The translations under genes were made by a program, and so were the position numbers. From positions 8,597 through 72,596 of the forward strand of contig DAOSEK010000003.1 in NCBI GenBank assembly GCA_035363095.1: DNA of 64,000 nucleotides. Reading direction: 5' to 3'. This DNA comes from Candidatus Woesearchaeota archaeon (lineage in GTDB: Archaea > Nanobdellota > Nanobdellia > Woesearchaeales > UBA119). Positions 49,352 to 59,457 of the stretch are shown here, piece after piece; positions within the stretch are counted from its first letter, which is position 1, and every line of letters starts with the position of its first letter. The notes under the pieces are model-generated. The model was not told where the DNA came from. It worked only from the letters and a program-made list of their open reading frames with translations, and ran no database searches.

Positions 49352-50446
49352 ATGAATACTAAAAAGGATTTTTCGGAAACAGATATTTTAGATAAAGGAA
49401 TTAAAGAAGCGAGTTTTTATAAGAGTATTAATATAATCAATAAGATAAATCATTGCAATGAATTCAATAAAAATAATGATGTTATTTGCCTTTTGTGTCC
49501 ACACAAGTGCAAGATTTCTGAAGGCAAGAGGGGAATTTGCAGAGCAAGATTAAATATAGGCGGAAAACTATATGATACGAATTATTCCAATCTTTGTGCT
49601 TTTTTTGTGGACCCTATTGAAAAAAAACCAATGTTTCATTTTATTCCTAGTTCTAAGACTTTATCTGTTGCAATTGCAGGATGCAATCTAAAATGTCTAA
49701 ACTGCCAAAATTTTGAAATATCTTTAGGAGATTCAAAAAAAACAGTTATTATCAAACTTACACCTCATGAGTTGGTAGAAGAAGCAATTAAAAAAGGGGT
49801 AAAGATTATTTCTTACACTTATACTGAACCTACAATATTTTATGATTATATGATTGATACTGCTAAAATAGCAAAGAGAAAGAATATAAAGAATATTATA
49901 GTCAGTAACGGCTATATTAATCCAAAGCCACTTGAAGAGCTTTGTAGTCTTTTGGATGGAGCAAATATAGATTTAAAGTGTTTTGATGAAAAAGGGATGC
50001 AAAGACTTACAAGTGGAAGTATTTATCCTGTTCTTAAGTCTTTAAAGCTCATTAAATCTAAAAAGGTTTTTTTGGAAATAACAAACCTAATAGTGCCACA
50101 ATATTCTGATGATTTGAAGGCAATAAAAGATATGTGTAAATGGATTGTAAAAAATCTTGGAAAAGACACCCCTATCCATTTTTCGGCGTTTTATCCAACA
50201 TATAAACTTTCTAATCTGAATGTAACACCTAATGAATTATTAAAACAAGCAAGAAAAATAGCTGTCGATGTTGGTCTTAATTTTGTATATATTGGAAACA
50301 CAAGAATCTTGGATGCAGAAAACACTTATTGCCCAAGTTGCAAACATATTTTAATTGAGAGAAAGGGATATCAAATTTATAACAACAATATTGATAATGG
50401 AAAATGCAATTTTTGTAAACAGATTATCCCTGGAGTTTGGGATTAG
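49352..50446 (+). CDS. AmmeMemoRadiSam-system radical SAM enzyme (PflA-like activase family)
   Basis: N-terminal CLLCPHKCKISEGKRGICRAR, radical-SAM cluster CNLKCLNCQN, and C-terminal CPSC...C..C; 364 aa. Confidence 0.7.
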   Translation: MNTKKDFSETDILDKGIKEASFYKSINIINKINHCNEFNKNNDVICLLCPHKCKISEGKRGICRARLNIGGKLYDTNYSNLCAFFVDPIEKKPMFHFIPSSKTLSVAIAGCNLKCLNCQNFEISLGDSKKTVIIKLTPHELVEEAIKKGVKIISYTYTEPTIFYDYMIDTAKIAKRKNIKNIIVSNGYINPKPLEELCSLLDGANIDLKCFDEKGMQRLTSGSIYPVLKSLKLIKSKKVFLEITNLIVPQYSDDLKAIKDMCKWIVKNLGKDTPIHFSAFYPTYKLSNLNVTPNELLKQARKIAVDVGLNFVYIGNTRILDAENTYCPSCKHILIERKGYQIYNNNIDNGKCNFCKQIIPGVWD

Positions 50447-50582
50447 AAAATAGGCTTAGTTAAAACCTTGGTTAAAAAAATGATTTGGATTCCTATCTTT
50501 CTAGTTAATGGATAAAAATTGAATATCAGTACCAGATTCATCTTGCCAAGATTTTGAAATATCTAATTCGTTTTTTGTTTAT

Positions 50583-51638
50583 TTATATATCAGATTTATT
50601 GTTTTTGGAGGATTTTTGGCAAGGATATATCAAATAAAATGTCTCAGTTGGAATTTCAAAGGTTTCAAATTGATAAACTAATCGACTTAGCATTCTTTCA
50701 AGCCAACGCTTTTTTGTTACATTCATGTTTTTCCCAGAGATAGTTTTTTTAGGAAAACTAGCAACAATCATTCTCGCATCAATTAGCCTGAATAAAATCT
50801 CAGAATTTTTATGTCCTTTTTCTTCTATTAAATCTATTATTTTAAAAAGTAATGCAATATCACATGAAAAACTGCTGTTTTTAATGAATATATCGGACTC
50901 ACTCTTTTTAAAAGATTTGATTTTACTAAAATCACCTTCAGAACAGACGGTACAAATTTTTATAGGATTTTGTTTTGCAGATTTATCCGAATATTGTTTA
51001 ATAATTTCAAATACATCAAGATTTAAGGTTGTTCCATTCAGTTTTTTTTCTTTAAAGAACATTTCAATAATATTTAAAACCCTTTTATCTACATCAACTG
51101 CAAGGTATTGAGAAGAATTTAAGAAATTTTTTTCAATAAATACATAAGACAAAGGATTAAGTCCACAACCCAAATCAATAAATTTTATTTTTTTATTTTT
51201 ATTCACAGGAAAGTTTGTTTTGAATCTTTTAAATATTGTTTTATATATCAAAGGATAGTATTGAAATCTTTCAAATGACGACTTATGGGTAAGTAAGATT
51301 TTATTGATGTTTTGCACACCAAGGGGTTTTTTACTAGATTCTTTTAAAATTATTTTTTCTTCCTTATTTTTTAGGTACAAGCCAGTTTTTTTTCTTAGTT
51401 TTGACCTGCAGAATTTAACGCAATTTTTAAAATAAGTTGACTTTGAGAAATCAGTAATATTTCTTGATTTAGTAATAGCTTTTTTAAGAAATGTATAATT
51501 TTCATATGAAAAAATTTTTAGTTCTTTTAAAATAATACTATCTAATAAGAGATTAAACTCTTTTTTTTCTTTTACAGATTCAACAAGTTTTTGAGTATAA
51601 TTTTTTGGAATTTCCAATCCGTTTATGTTTAGATCCAT
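50583..51638 (-). CDS. Class I SAM-dependent methyltransferase-like protein
   Basis: Motif I KFIDLGCGLNPLSY, then an acidic YLAVDVD motif II-like segment. Confidence 0.45.
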   Translation of the reverse strand: MDLNINGLEIPKNYTQKLVESVKEKKEFNLLLDSIILKELKIFSYENYTFLKKAITKSRNITDFSKSTYFKNCVKFCRSKLRKKTGLYLKNKEEKIILKESSKKPLGVQNINKILLTHKSSFERFQYYPLIYKTIFKRFKTNFPVNKNKKIKFIDLGCGLNPLSYVFIEKNFLNSSQYLAVDVDKRVLNIIEMFFKEKKLNGTTLNLDVFEIIKQYSDKSAKQNPIKICTVCSEGDFSKIKSFKKSESDIFIKNSSFSCDIALLFKIIDLIEEKGHKNSEILFRLIDARMIVASFPKKTISGKNMNVTKKRWLERMLSRLVYQFETFEIPTETFYLIYPCQKSSKNNKSDI

Positions 51639-51797
51639 TTTTTATAACTATTGATGTAATAGTTTTTTGGCTTTTCTTTGTGGTTTTTGTTGTTTTTTAT
51701 TTTAATCATTATTTGCTAGTTTTTTTGATACAAAGCTTTTAAACATTACGTTTAGACATTAGTCTTTAAACATTTGTGTTTTTAATTCAATAAAAAA

Positions 51798-51831
51798 ACT
51801 TTCAAGCTTCTTTCAAGCTTCTTTCAAGCTT
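51798..51831. repeat. 11-bp tandem repeat x3 (ctttcaagctt)
   Basis: actttcaagcttctttcaagcttctttcaagctt. Confidence 0.8.
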
Positions 51832-51948
51832 AAATATTTAAGGTTAAAGCGTAGGTCTTAAGGGCAGGTATAATTTATGATTCTATCAAGTGCGTTTATT
51901 TAAGCATTTAAAAACGAAAGGTTTAAATATATTCTCATCAAAAAAAGA

Positions 51949-52530
51949 TTGATGACACAAACAAGTTCACTTAGAGGGACAATAGAATTCTTAACAGCTT
52001 TAGGAGCTTTTGATGTAGTTTTTCCATTTTTGCTTGTATTCACTTTGGTATATGCAGTATTAGAAAGATCAAAAGTATTAGGTGAAGCAAATAATGAATC
52101 TAAGCACAACCTAAATTCTATGGTTGCTTTTGTTTTGGCATTTTTTACTATAGCATCTGCTTATATGGTTGAAATCATAACCTACCTCTCTCAATGGGTA
52201 GTACTTTTTGTAGTAATCGGAGTCTTTTTTGTGTTTTTGATAGTAACTTTTAATCCAGGAGCAGACTCAAAAAACATATTGAATAGCACTCCTGCAAAAA
52301 TTATTGGAGCGATACTTTCAATTGTTATTATGCTAATTTTATTCCTCACAGCAGTTTTAAAAGATTCAGATCTTCAGGGAGTAGCCAACTTCTTTGATTG
52401 GTTTGCTGGTTTGTTCAGCGAACAAACACTAATGACTTTAGGTTTTTTAGCGTTCATATTATTTTTCATAATGATTGTAACAAAAGGAGGAGGCGGAGGA
52501 AAACGTACTTCAGGAAGCAAAACAGAATGA
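51949..52530 (+). CDS. Polytopic membrane protein, tandem paralog 1 of 4 (unknown family), Gly-rich basic tail
   Basis: Shares N-terminal (L)..FGV.EV.LPF.LIFT.LY..L and a P(G/A)I.G..V.I.L...VLA.VMP block with the next three ORFs. Confidence 0.5.
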   Translation: MMTQTSSLRGTIEFLTALGAFDVVFPFLLVFTLVYAVLERSKVLGEANNESKHNLNSMVAFVLAFFTIASAYMVEIITYLSQWVVLFVVIGVFFVFLIVTFNPGADSKNILNSTPAKIIGAILSIVIMLILFLTAVLKDSDLQGVANFFDWFAGLFSEQTLMTLGFLAFILFFIMIVTKGGGGGKRTSGSKTE

Positions 52531-52641
52531 TGTATTAATAATGATAATCTGGATGCTCTTTTTGTTTAATCATAAAAAAATATAGTAAATTAAGTTAATT
52601 GACATTGTTTTATAAAAATTGAAAATTGAGGTGTATTAATA

Positions 52642-53292
52642 ATGGGTCTTGTAGAAATATTGGAAAATCTTGACAAGTTTGGAGTGGTCGAAGTAATGCT
52701 TCCTTTTATACTGATATTTACAGTTTTATACTCTTTACTTAACAGCATAAAATTTCTATCAAAAGATCCAGAGGATAATAAAAGATATTCTGTTGTAATT
52801 GCGCTTGTAATGAGTTTGCTTGTTATTTTTGGACATGTTGCAGGAGTCACAGTTGCAGGTATAGATATAGTTGATTTTATTAATCAATCTTTACCAGGGA
52901 TAGCCGGTCTTGTAGTAGCCATTGTTTTATTCTTTATTGTACTAGCTTTAGTTATGCCAACCATGTTTGAAGAAGGAAAGAGTTTTCCAAGGATAATAAT
53001 TATTGTGGCTGTGATAATATCAATTTACATATTTGGTAATGCACTAGGCTGGTTTAAATTTTCACCAAATGTAAACATAGAAGGAACTTGGTTAGGAGAA
53101 TCAAGTAACCAAGCAATTCTCTTAGTATTATTTGGTTTCATCGTATTCATAAGGATTATTATTGGTGGTAAGCAAAAAGATCCAAGTACGAACAATAGTG
53201 CCCTGGGAAATATAGGCAAATTCATAGGATGGTTATTTGAAAACTCAGAATATGCGAATACTAAAGGCCCTCCTCCTAATACAAGTGGTTAA
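52642..53292 (+). CDS. Polytopic membrane protein, tandem paralog 2 of 4
   Basis: MGLVEILENLDKFGVVEVMLPFILIFTVLY...LPGIAGLVVAIVLFFIVLALVMP. Confidence 0.5.
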   Translation: MGLVEILENLDKFGVVEVMLPFILIFTVLYSLLNSIKFLSKDPEDNKRYSVVIALVMSLLVIFGHVAGVTVAGIDIVDFINQSLPGIAGLVVAIVLFFIVLALVMPTMFEEGKSFPRIIIIVAVIISIYIFGNALGWFKFSPNVNIEGTWLGESSNQAILLVLFGFIVFIRIIIGGKQKDPSTNNSALGNIGKFIGWLFENSEYANTKGPPPNTSG

Positions 53293-53339
53293 AAAACCCT
53301 TATTGAACCTAAACTTATCATTTAAAATTTAGATTAAAA

Positions 53340-53906
53340 ATGGCAACACTGCTAGATTTTGGATTCATTGCAAATTTTAGTCCGTTATTCACCTTCATAA
53401 TAGTATTTGTGCTTACCTATGTAGTATTAGGGCTATTAAAGGTAGGAGACAAGGCAATTTTAGAAGGCAAATCAGGATTAACCGCAATTATTGCATTCAC
53501 ATTAGCGATTTTGTTTTCAATATCTCCTAACATGTCAAAGCTTATAGAACAAATGGCTCCAGGATTTGTGCTTTTTATTGTATTTTTGATGTTTGTCTTA
53601 ATAACAATGAGTACAATAGGTTTGGGCAAGTCTGATTTAATAGGGCTTTTTGGTTCTGATGGTTCCACTAAAGGAATGACCTGGCTTGTCATAATAGTAT
53701 GCCTTGTAATAGCAATAGGTGCTGTAAGTAGCATATTTGGTGACCAGTTGTTAGGAGAGGAAAGTGCAAATGGAGATGAGAGTGCTTTTCAAAAGAACCT
53801 AAAGAGCGCCTTTTTTAGCCCAAAGGTTTTAGGAATGGTTTTCATTTTTTTCATTGCAATGTTCACAATTTTGTTTGTAGGTCCAAAGGCAGTTGGAAAA
53901 AAATAA
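53340..53906 (+). CDS. Polytopic membrane protein, tandem paralog 3 of 4 (most divergent)
   Basis: FSPLFTFIIVFVLTYVVLGLLKVGDK... and similar TM topology. Confidence 0.45.
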   Translation: MATLLDFGFIANFSPLFTFIIVFVLTYVVLGLLKVGDKAILEGKSGLTAIIAFTLAILFSISPNMSKLIEQMAPGFVLFIVFLMFVLITMSTIGLGKSDLIGLFGSDGSTKGMTWLVIIVCLVIAIGAVSSIFGDQLLGEESANGDESAFQKNLKSAFFSPKVLGMVFIFFIAMFTILFVGPKAVGKK

Positions 53907-53940
53907 TTTCGATTAAAGCTTTTTAAAATAATAAGGAGAT

Positions 53941-54591
53941 GTGATTATATTGGATTTGATGCAAATTATAACTAATTTAAATGAACTGGGCATTAGAGAA
54001 GTATTTTTGCCTTTTGTACTTATTTTTACAATTTTGTTCACTATTTTAGACAAGACAAGAATCTTTGTAAGAATAGCATCTAATGAATCAGAAGAAGATA
54101 GAAATAGGAAAATTGCAGAAAATAAGAAATTCGCTACAATTATATCTCTTGCTATCTCTCTGACAGCTATATTTATGCACATTAGAGGAACAACAATTGG
54201 AGGGTTTGATATTGTCAATTTTATAAATTCTGCAGTTCCAGGTATTACCGGTTTAATTGTAGCAATCTTTGCATTATTCGTGGTACTTGCCTTGGTTATG
54301 CCTTCCTTATTTCCAGAAACTGCAAGGCTTAATATGCCAGTTGGTTTTATCATAATAGTTGTAGCGCTTGTTATATACCTCTATGCAGCGTCTCTTGGAT
54401 GGATGGGACCTTCTGCAAACCTTGGTTTTGTTAATACTTGGCTTGAAAATGAAACATTAGTGTCACTAGGGATTGTATTCTTAGTTGGCGGAGCAGTGAT
54501 ATTTTGGATAATATCATCAAAAAAACCTCCTAAGACAAAATCTCACTTAGGTGAAATGTGGAAACATATATTTAGAAGACCAGAGTATTAA
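53941..54591 (+). CDS. Polytopic membrane protein, tandem paralog 4 of 4
   Basis: LNELGIREVFLPFVLIFTILFTIL...VPGITGLIVAIFALFVVLALVMP, closest to paralog 2. Confidence 0.5.
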   Translation: MIILDLMQIITNLNELGIREVFLPFVLIFTILFTILDKTRIFVRIASNESEEDRNRKIAENKKFATIISLAISLTAIFMHIRGTTIGGFDIVNFINSAVPGITGLIVAIFALFVVLALVMPSLFPETARLNMPVGFIIIVVALVIYLYAASLGWMGPSANLGFVNTWLENETLVSLGIVFLVGGAVIFWIISSKKPPKTKSHLGEMWKHIFRRPEY

Positions 54592-54750
54592 TCCTTTGAT
54601 TGTTATTATTTCAATTTTTTTATTCAAGAAAAATGTTAAGTAATTGAATATTTGTTTAGATTGTTCTGATAAACAAATTCATTGAAGAATAGAATTAAAC
54701 AATTTTTGTTATTTTAGTATTAATTTATTTTAACTTAGGAGGGAGAATAA

Positions 54751-56064
54751 ATGATAAAAAGAATATATGCAAGACAGGTATTTGATTCAAGAGGAAACCC
54801 TACTATTGAAGGAGAAGTTACAACTGAGCAAGGGATTTTTAGTTCTATGGTCCCTTCAGGCGCTTCAACTGGACTTTATGAAGCAGTGGAGCTAAGAGAC
54901 CAAGAAAAAGATTACTTAGGAAAGGGAGTTTTTAAGGCTATTGGAAATGTTAATTCTATTATATCAAATAAGATAGTAGGACTTGATGAAACAAAACAAT
55001 TTGAGATTGATGAGATAATGATTAGGTTAGATGGAACAAAAAACAAGTCTAATTTAGGAGCTAATGCGGTTCTTGCAGTTTCAATGGCTGTTGCAAGAGC
55101 AGGAGCAAAAACACTTAATCTTGAGCTTTTTGAATACCTTAAGATACTTTATGATTCATTATCTACAGAAAAAAACATTGATAAAAGCAATATCAAAAAA
55201 AAGGAATTTGTTATGCCTTGTCCTTGTTTTAATGTAATAAATGGTGGAGAGCATGCAGGAAATGATCTTGATATTCAAGAATACATGATTGTTCCCCTAA
55301 ATGCCAAAAACTTTTCAGAAGCCATGAAAATTGGAACAGAGATTTATCATACCCTTAAAAAGATTCTTAAAGAAAAATACGGTCCACAAGCTGTTAATGT
55401 GGGTGATGAAGGTGGGTTTGCTCCACCTTTGAAATCTGCTAAAGAACCGCTTTATTTAATTATGGATGCAATTAAGAGAACAGGCTACATTGATAAAGTA
55501 AGTATCGCTTTAGATGTTGCAGCTTCAGAGTTTTTTGATAATGGCTCGTATATGTTTGAAGGAAAAAAGCTATCTGGCGATGAATTATTGGATTTTTACA
55601 AAGAGATCGTATCAGAATTTCCAATATGCTCAATTGAGGACCCTTTTGAGCAAAATGACTTTGAATCTTACTCAAGGCTTACAGATCAACTTAAAGGAAT
55701 TCAGGTTGTAGGAGATGACCTTTTGGTAACAAACATTGAAAGAATTAAAATTGCAATTGAGAAAAAAGCCTGTAATTCGCTTTTATTAAAGTTAAACCAA
55801 ATTGGTACATTAAAAGAAGCTTTAGAAGCTGCTAACCTTTCAAGTAAATCTAATTGGGGAGTAATGATATCTCATAGAAGCGGTGAAACAGAGGACTCAT
55901 TTATTGCTGACCTTGCCTGTGCACTTTGTTTAGGACAGATAAAAAGCGGAGCGCCTGCTAGAAGCGAAAGACTTGCTAAGTATAATAGAATCTTAAGAAT
56001 TGAAGAGAAGTTAAAGGAAAGAGCTTCTTTTTCAAGGGTTTTAAAATCAAAAACCTCGGTCTAA
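54751..56064 (+). CDS. eno: Enolase (phosphopyruvate hydratase)
   Basis: N-terminal IYARQVFDSRGNPTIE, and VGDDL / SHRSGETED / LKLNQIGT active-site blocks. The last about 17 nt including the stop lie inside repeat copy 12. Confidence 0.9.
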   Translation: MIKRIYARQVFDSRGNPTIEGEVTTEQGIFSSMVPSGASTGLYEAVELRDQEKDYLGKGVFKAIGNVNSIISNKIVGLDETKQFEIDEIMIRLDGTKNKSNLGANAVLAVSMAVARAGAKTLNLELFEYLKILYDSLSTEKNIDKSNIKKKEFVMPCPCFNVINGGEHAGNDLDIQEYMIVPLNAKNFSEAMKIGTEIYHTLKKILKEKYGPQAVNVGDEGGFAPPLKSAKEPLYLIMDAIKRTGYIDKVSIALDVAASEFFDNGSYMFEGKKLSGDELLDFYKEIVSEFPICSIEDPFEQNDFESYSRLTDQLKGIQVVGDDLLVTNIERIKIAIEKKACNSLLLKLNQIGTLKEALEAANLSSKSNWGVMISHRSGETEDSFIADLACALCLGQIKSGAPARSERLAKYNRILRIEEKLKERASFSRVLKSKTSV

Positions 56065-56180
56065 AGGGCGAAGAGTTGGTAATATAAAAGCATGCGCTGT
56101 GTTAAAGCGAGGTTGTTGATTACAAAAAAGCGTACCAAGTCCTCGTTTTTAAACACGAGGTATGCTTTTCTATTAATCAA
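56049..56180. repeat. Modular hairpin repeat family, copy 12 (core + arm), overlapping enolase 3' end
   Basis: aaaacctcggtctaaagggcgaagagttggtaatataaaagcatgcgctgtgttaaagcgaggttgttgattacaaaaaagcgtaccaagtcctcgtttttaaacacgaggtatgcttttctattaatcaa. Confidence 0.9.
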
Positions 56181-56257
56181 TATTTGAAGTTCTAAGCGGT
56201 ATTTAAAATTTGTTTAAATTAGATATGAAGATTAAATATCACAATTAGATATAAAGA

Positions 56258-56923
56258 TTATATATCCATTATATCAAAAAGATTCACTATCGGTTTTTGA
56301 ATCACATCAAAATCATCTACACCAATCCTTGGACAAGCAGTGTTCACAAAACAATCAATAAACCTAAAATCTTCAAGCTCTGAAAAATTATAGCTATCAT
56401 TTATTAAGGGATAAAACTTTTTATCCTTGAATTTTTTTTTTAATATATCTAACTTAAAATCCTTAAATTGACCAGGTTTTACTGTAAAAAGAACACCTAT
56501 GTTTTCTGAGAAGAGAAATTTGGCAATCTTTGCATTTTTTATTTTTGTTGATTGAGAATCATATTTAATTGTATTATATTTTAAAGCAATGGGATCAAAA
56601 CAAAAGACATCTTTTTTATTAGCATAAGTAAGCGCTTTTGGATGAAATTTTCCTTCACCTATATATAAGAACGCTTCAAAATCCCCTTTTATTTCTAAGA
56701 TATTACATCCAAGTATTTGTCCTTTTATATTTGTATGATTCAATTTTTTTAATAAAACTATTTTACCGTTTTGTTCCAACTGATTCTTGATAGAACTAAT
56801 TTGATTAACGTATTGTGCTGTTGTAAATAACATTACCTTTAAAGGCAAATTATACATAAGTTTTTTTGGAATTACAATCTTTCTTTTGTAAAAGAATGGA
56901 ATATTGATAAGCTTCATTTTCAA
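56258..56923 (-). CDS. Dph2-like protein (diphthamide synthesis radical-SAM family), short form; tentative
   Basis: C-terminal FVNTACPRIGVDD and internal conserved Cys. The 221 aa length is shorter than the typical archaeal Dph2 of about 340 aa. Confidence 0.4.
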   Translation of the reverse strand: MKMKLINIPFFYKRKIVIPKKLMYNLPLKVMLFTTAQYVNQISSIKNQLEQNGKIVLLKKLNHTNIKGQILGCNILEIKGDFEAFLYIGEGKFHPKALTYANKKDVFCFDPIALKYNTIKYDSQSTKIKNAKIAKFLFSENIGVLFTVKPGQFKDFKLDILKKKFKDKKFYPLINDSYNFSELEDFRFIDCFVNTACPRIGVDDFDVIQKPIVNLFDIMDI

Positions 56924-56995
56924 GATACACTTATTAAATTTAATATTTTCATTTCAAAGAGTTATAACTTTCAAAAAGAGATATTTAACTCCTTT

Positions 56996-57526
56996 TTATG
57001 GACAGGCCAATGGTCTTTTTTGAGATAAGGAGTAAGCACTACACACAATCTCTTTCCCACCGTTTTTAATTATTGGAATAAATGTTACATCTAAAATTTC
57101 TCCAATATCTTCTTTACTATAAGAAACTGGCTCTTTTCTTTTATCTAAGGTGTTTCCAGGAGCCCAAGAGTCTAAAACAACTGTTGAGTCAAGAATCCCT
57201 TTTGATCCAAGTATTGAAACCTTTAAGGAAGTAATTTGCTTATCACCTATGTTTTTTAGGACATACAATAAAGAGTTAGTTGAATCATCTAAAGATTTAT
57301 AACATACATAGGGTATCTCTAAAACCACTATATTCATATCAACACCAAAGCACAATCTTTTTGATAATTGCTCTTCATTATTTGTTTGGTTATATCCTGC
57401 AGGTTGTGGGATTACCATTACATTTATTACAACTACTGCCAAAGATACCGCAAAGGCTATCAAAAATACTGTTGCTAAAAGAGGTGAGATTGCCTTTTTA
57501 TTTTTCATTTTTACCATAATAATCAT
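56996..57526 (-). CDS. Archaeal class III signal peptide (type IV pilin-like / DUF361-like) protein
   Basis: MKNKKAISPLLATVFLIAFAVSLAVVVI is the canonical archaeal pilin/archaellin-type N-terminus. Confidence 0.6.
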   Translation of the reverse strand: MIIMVKMKNKKAISPLLATVFLIAFAVSLAVVVINVMVIPQPAGYNQTNNEEQLSKRLCFGVDMNIVVLEIPYVCYKSLDDSTNSLLYVLKNIGDKQITSLKVSILGSKGILDSTVVLDSWAPGNTLDKRKEPVSYSKEDIGEILDVTFIPIIKNGGKEIVCSAYSLSQKRPLACP

Positions 57527-57598
57527 TTTTATATTTTAAACCTTTGTTTTCAGCGACCGTAAGTCTTAAAATTCTATTTTGTTAATTATTTATATTAA

Positions 57599-57725
57599 TA
57601 ATGAAAAACCTCTGCATAAATGGGAGGTATCTCGTGGATAGTCAAGGTTAAAGGTTTAGTGAATCCGTCTCTTCAAACTTTAGACCTTAAGACCAAAGTA
57701 TGCAAAATGAGCTGGATTTCACAAA
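57599..57725. repeat. Modular hairpin repeat family, copy 13 (H1-type module only)
   Basis: atgaaaaacctctgcataaatgggaggtatctcgtggatagtcaaggttaaaggtttagtgaatccgtctcttcaaactttagaccttaagaccaaagtatgcaaaatgagctggatttcac. Confidence 0.85.
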
Positions 57726-57811
57726 AATCTAAATAACTTAGACTCGGTTGTTTTCTTAGTATGTTATTTTCTTAGTATGTTGTTTTCTTATTATATTGTT
57801 TTTTGTATAAT

Positions 57812-59251
57812 TCATATAACTATTTTTCGAGTACTTTCGATTACTAGCAGTGCAAAGTACATTGGAACTACTACAAAGGCAATCAGTATCGAAATTGATA
57901 TAAAAAGTATTTGTATTCCAAAAAATTGCGCTATTAGTGCTCCTAATGCCACAAAAATTATTGATGGGATGGATACAATAAAGCTTGAGGATTTAAAGTA
58001 AGCTAATCTTTTTTCTGTTGATATCATATCCATAAAAGCCATTCCAAGTGCGCTTTCAGCAATTGAAGAGCCTAAAATACCCAAAAGTGTAGCTATTGCT
58101 AAAGACATAAGTCCTCTATTAAAATATACTGCAAAAGGAAGTATTGCGCTTAAAAGTGTTCCAAATATTAAAAGCGGAAGCTTTCCAATATAACGTGAAT
58201 TGCTCCTTACAATGTATGGGCCTAACATAGAGGAAAATAATGCTATAATAAAAATCAATGCAACATTTCTAAACGCCCCAAAACCAGTATTACTTAAAGA
58301 GGTGTATATGAAGATTCCAAGGTATGCATTAACTAATATGTTAGCGATAAAAGATATAATGGAGCCAATTGATAAAATCATAAGTTTTTTGTCTGAGAAT
58401 ATTTCTTTTAAGGTTTTTATCGCGTAACTAATCTTTGTAAAAATATCTATTCTTGGGATAGGCTCATCTTCAGTAGTTTTAGATCTAAAAAAAAGCATTA
58501 TCAAAAAAGCCATAAAAAGCATTAGTGCGCTAGAAAAATAGATTATTGCAGGGGAGTTTATACTGAATTGAAATATTTGGATTTTACCAAAAAGATCTTG
58601 TGCAAAAGAAAAATAATCTAAAATCCAAGCGGATAAAAAAATACCAATTGCTGTGAAAATAAGCCCTGTTAGTGCTATGTGTCTTATAAAAAAACCTCTG
58701 TTTTCACTCTTTAATAAAATGTATGATACCTTGTTGTATTTTATTGAATAAATCAGGATAAATGATGAGTAAAACAAAAACGATATAAGTAATCCTAATT
58801 TATTTGAGGTTATAGAAAACACACCCATTGCTAAAACAAAAACTATACTTAAAAACTTTGTAAATAGCGATAGTGTTTTATTTTTAAGTCTTCTTCGTCC
58901 TTCAAATAAAAATGATACAATTAGTTGAATGAATAAATTGATACCATGTATTAATCCTATTATAAAAAGATTTATTCCAAATAAAAAAAAGAATATGTTG
59001 GTGTATTGAATAGAACTTAATCCAAACCCAATTCTATCAAAGAGCTCTAGACCAAAAATTCCAAGTCTGCCTCTCATCACTTTATTTTTGTTTTCCCTTT
59101 TAATCTGAGATAATGCTTCATCAATTGCAATCTGAGCATCGTTTGGAAGGTAGCCTTTTTGGATCAGAATTTGAAATGCAACTTCACTATCCATCATCTC
59201 GATCAATTTGCCCTTTGCAATTTCTATAGCGTTCTTATCTATCATAAGCAT
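57812..59251 (-). CDS. Polytopic membrane protein, possible transporter (MFS-like), with soluble N-terminal domain
   Basis: About 12 predicted TM helices after a roughly 60-aa N-terminal domain; no definitive motifs. Confidence 0.35.
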   Translation of the reverse strand: MLMIDKNAIEIAKGKLIEMMDSEVAFQILIQKGYLPNDAQIAIDEALSQIKRENKNKVMRGRLGIFGLELFDRIGFGLSSIQYTNIFFFLFGINLFIIGLIHGINLFIQLIVSFLFEGRRRLKNKTLSLFTKFLSIVFVLAMGVFSITSNKLGLLISFLFYSSFILIYSIKYNKVSYILLKSENRGFFIRHIALTGLIFTAIGIFLSAWILDYFSFAQDLFGKIQIFQFSINSPAIIYFSSALMLFMAFLIMLFFRSKTTEDEPIPRIDIFTKISYAIKTLKEIFSDKKLMILSIGSIISFIANILVNAYLGIFIYTSLSNTGFGAFRNVALIFIIALFSSMLGPYIVRSNSRYIGKLPLLIFGTLLSAILPFAVYFNRGLMSLAIATLLGILGSSIAESALGMAFMDMISTEKRLAYFKSSSFIVSIPSIIFVALGALIAQFFGIQILFISISILIAFVVVPMYFALLVIESTRKIVI

Positions 59252-59457
59252 TTAATTCTTTTAAGAAGATATATAAACGTTTCGATGAAGTCTTTAATTT
59301 GTGCCATACATTATAAAAACAAATGAGATTTCGATTAGGATTTGCTAACTAATTAAAAATTCACACACTAAAAATTCACACACTGGACGTGTTTATCTAA
59401 ATTTCACAAGGTAATTTTAGGATAATTTCAGGATAATAATCAATTTGCTTATTTGTT

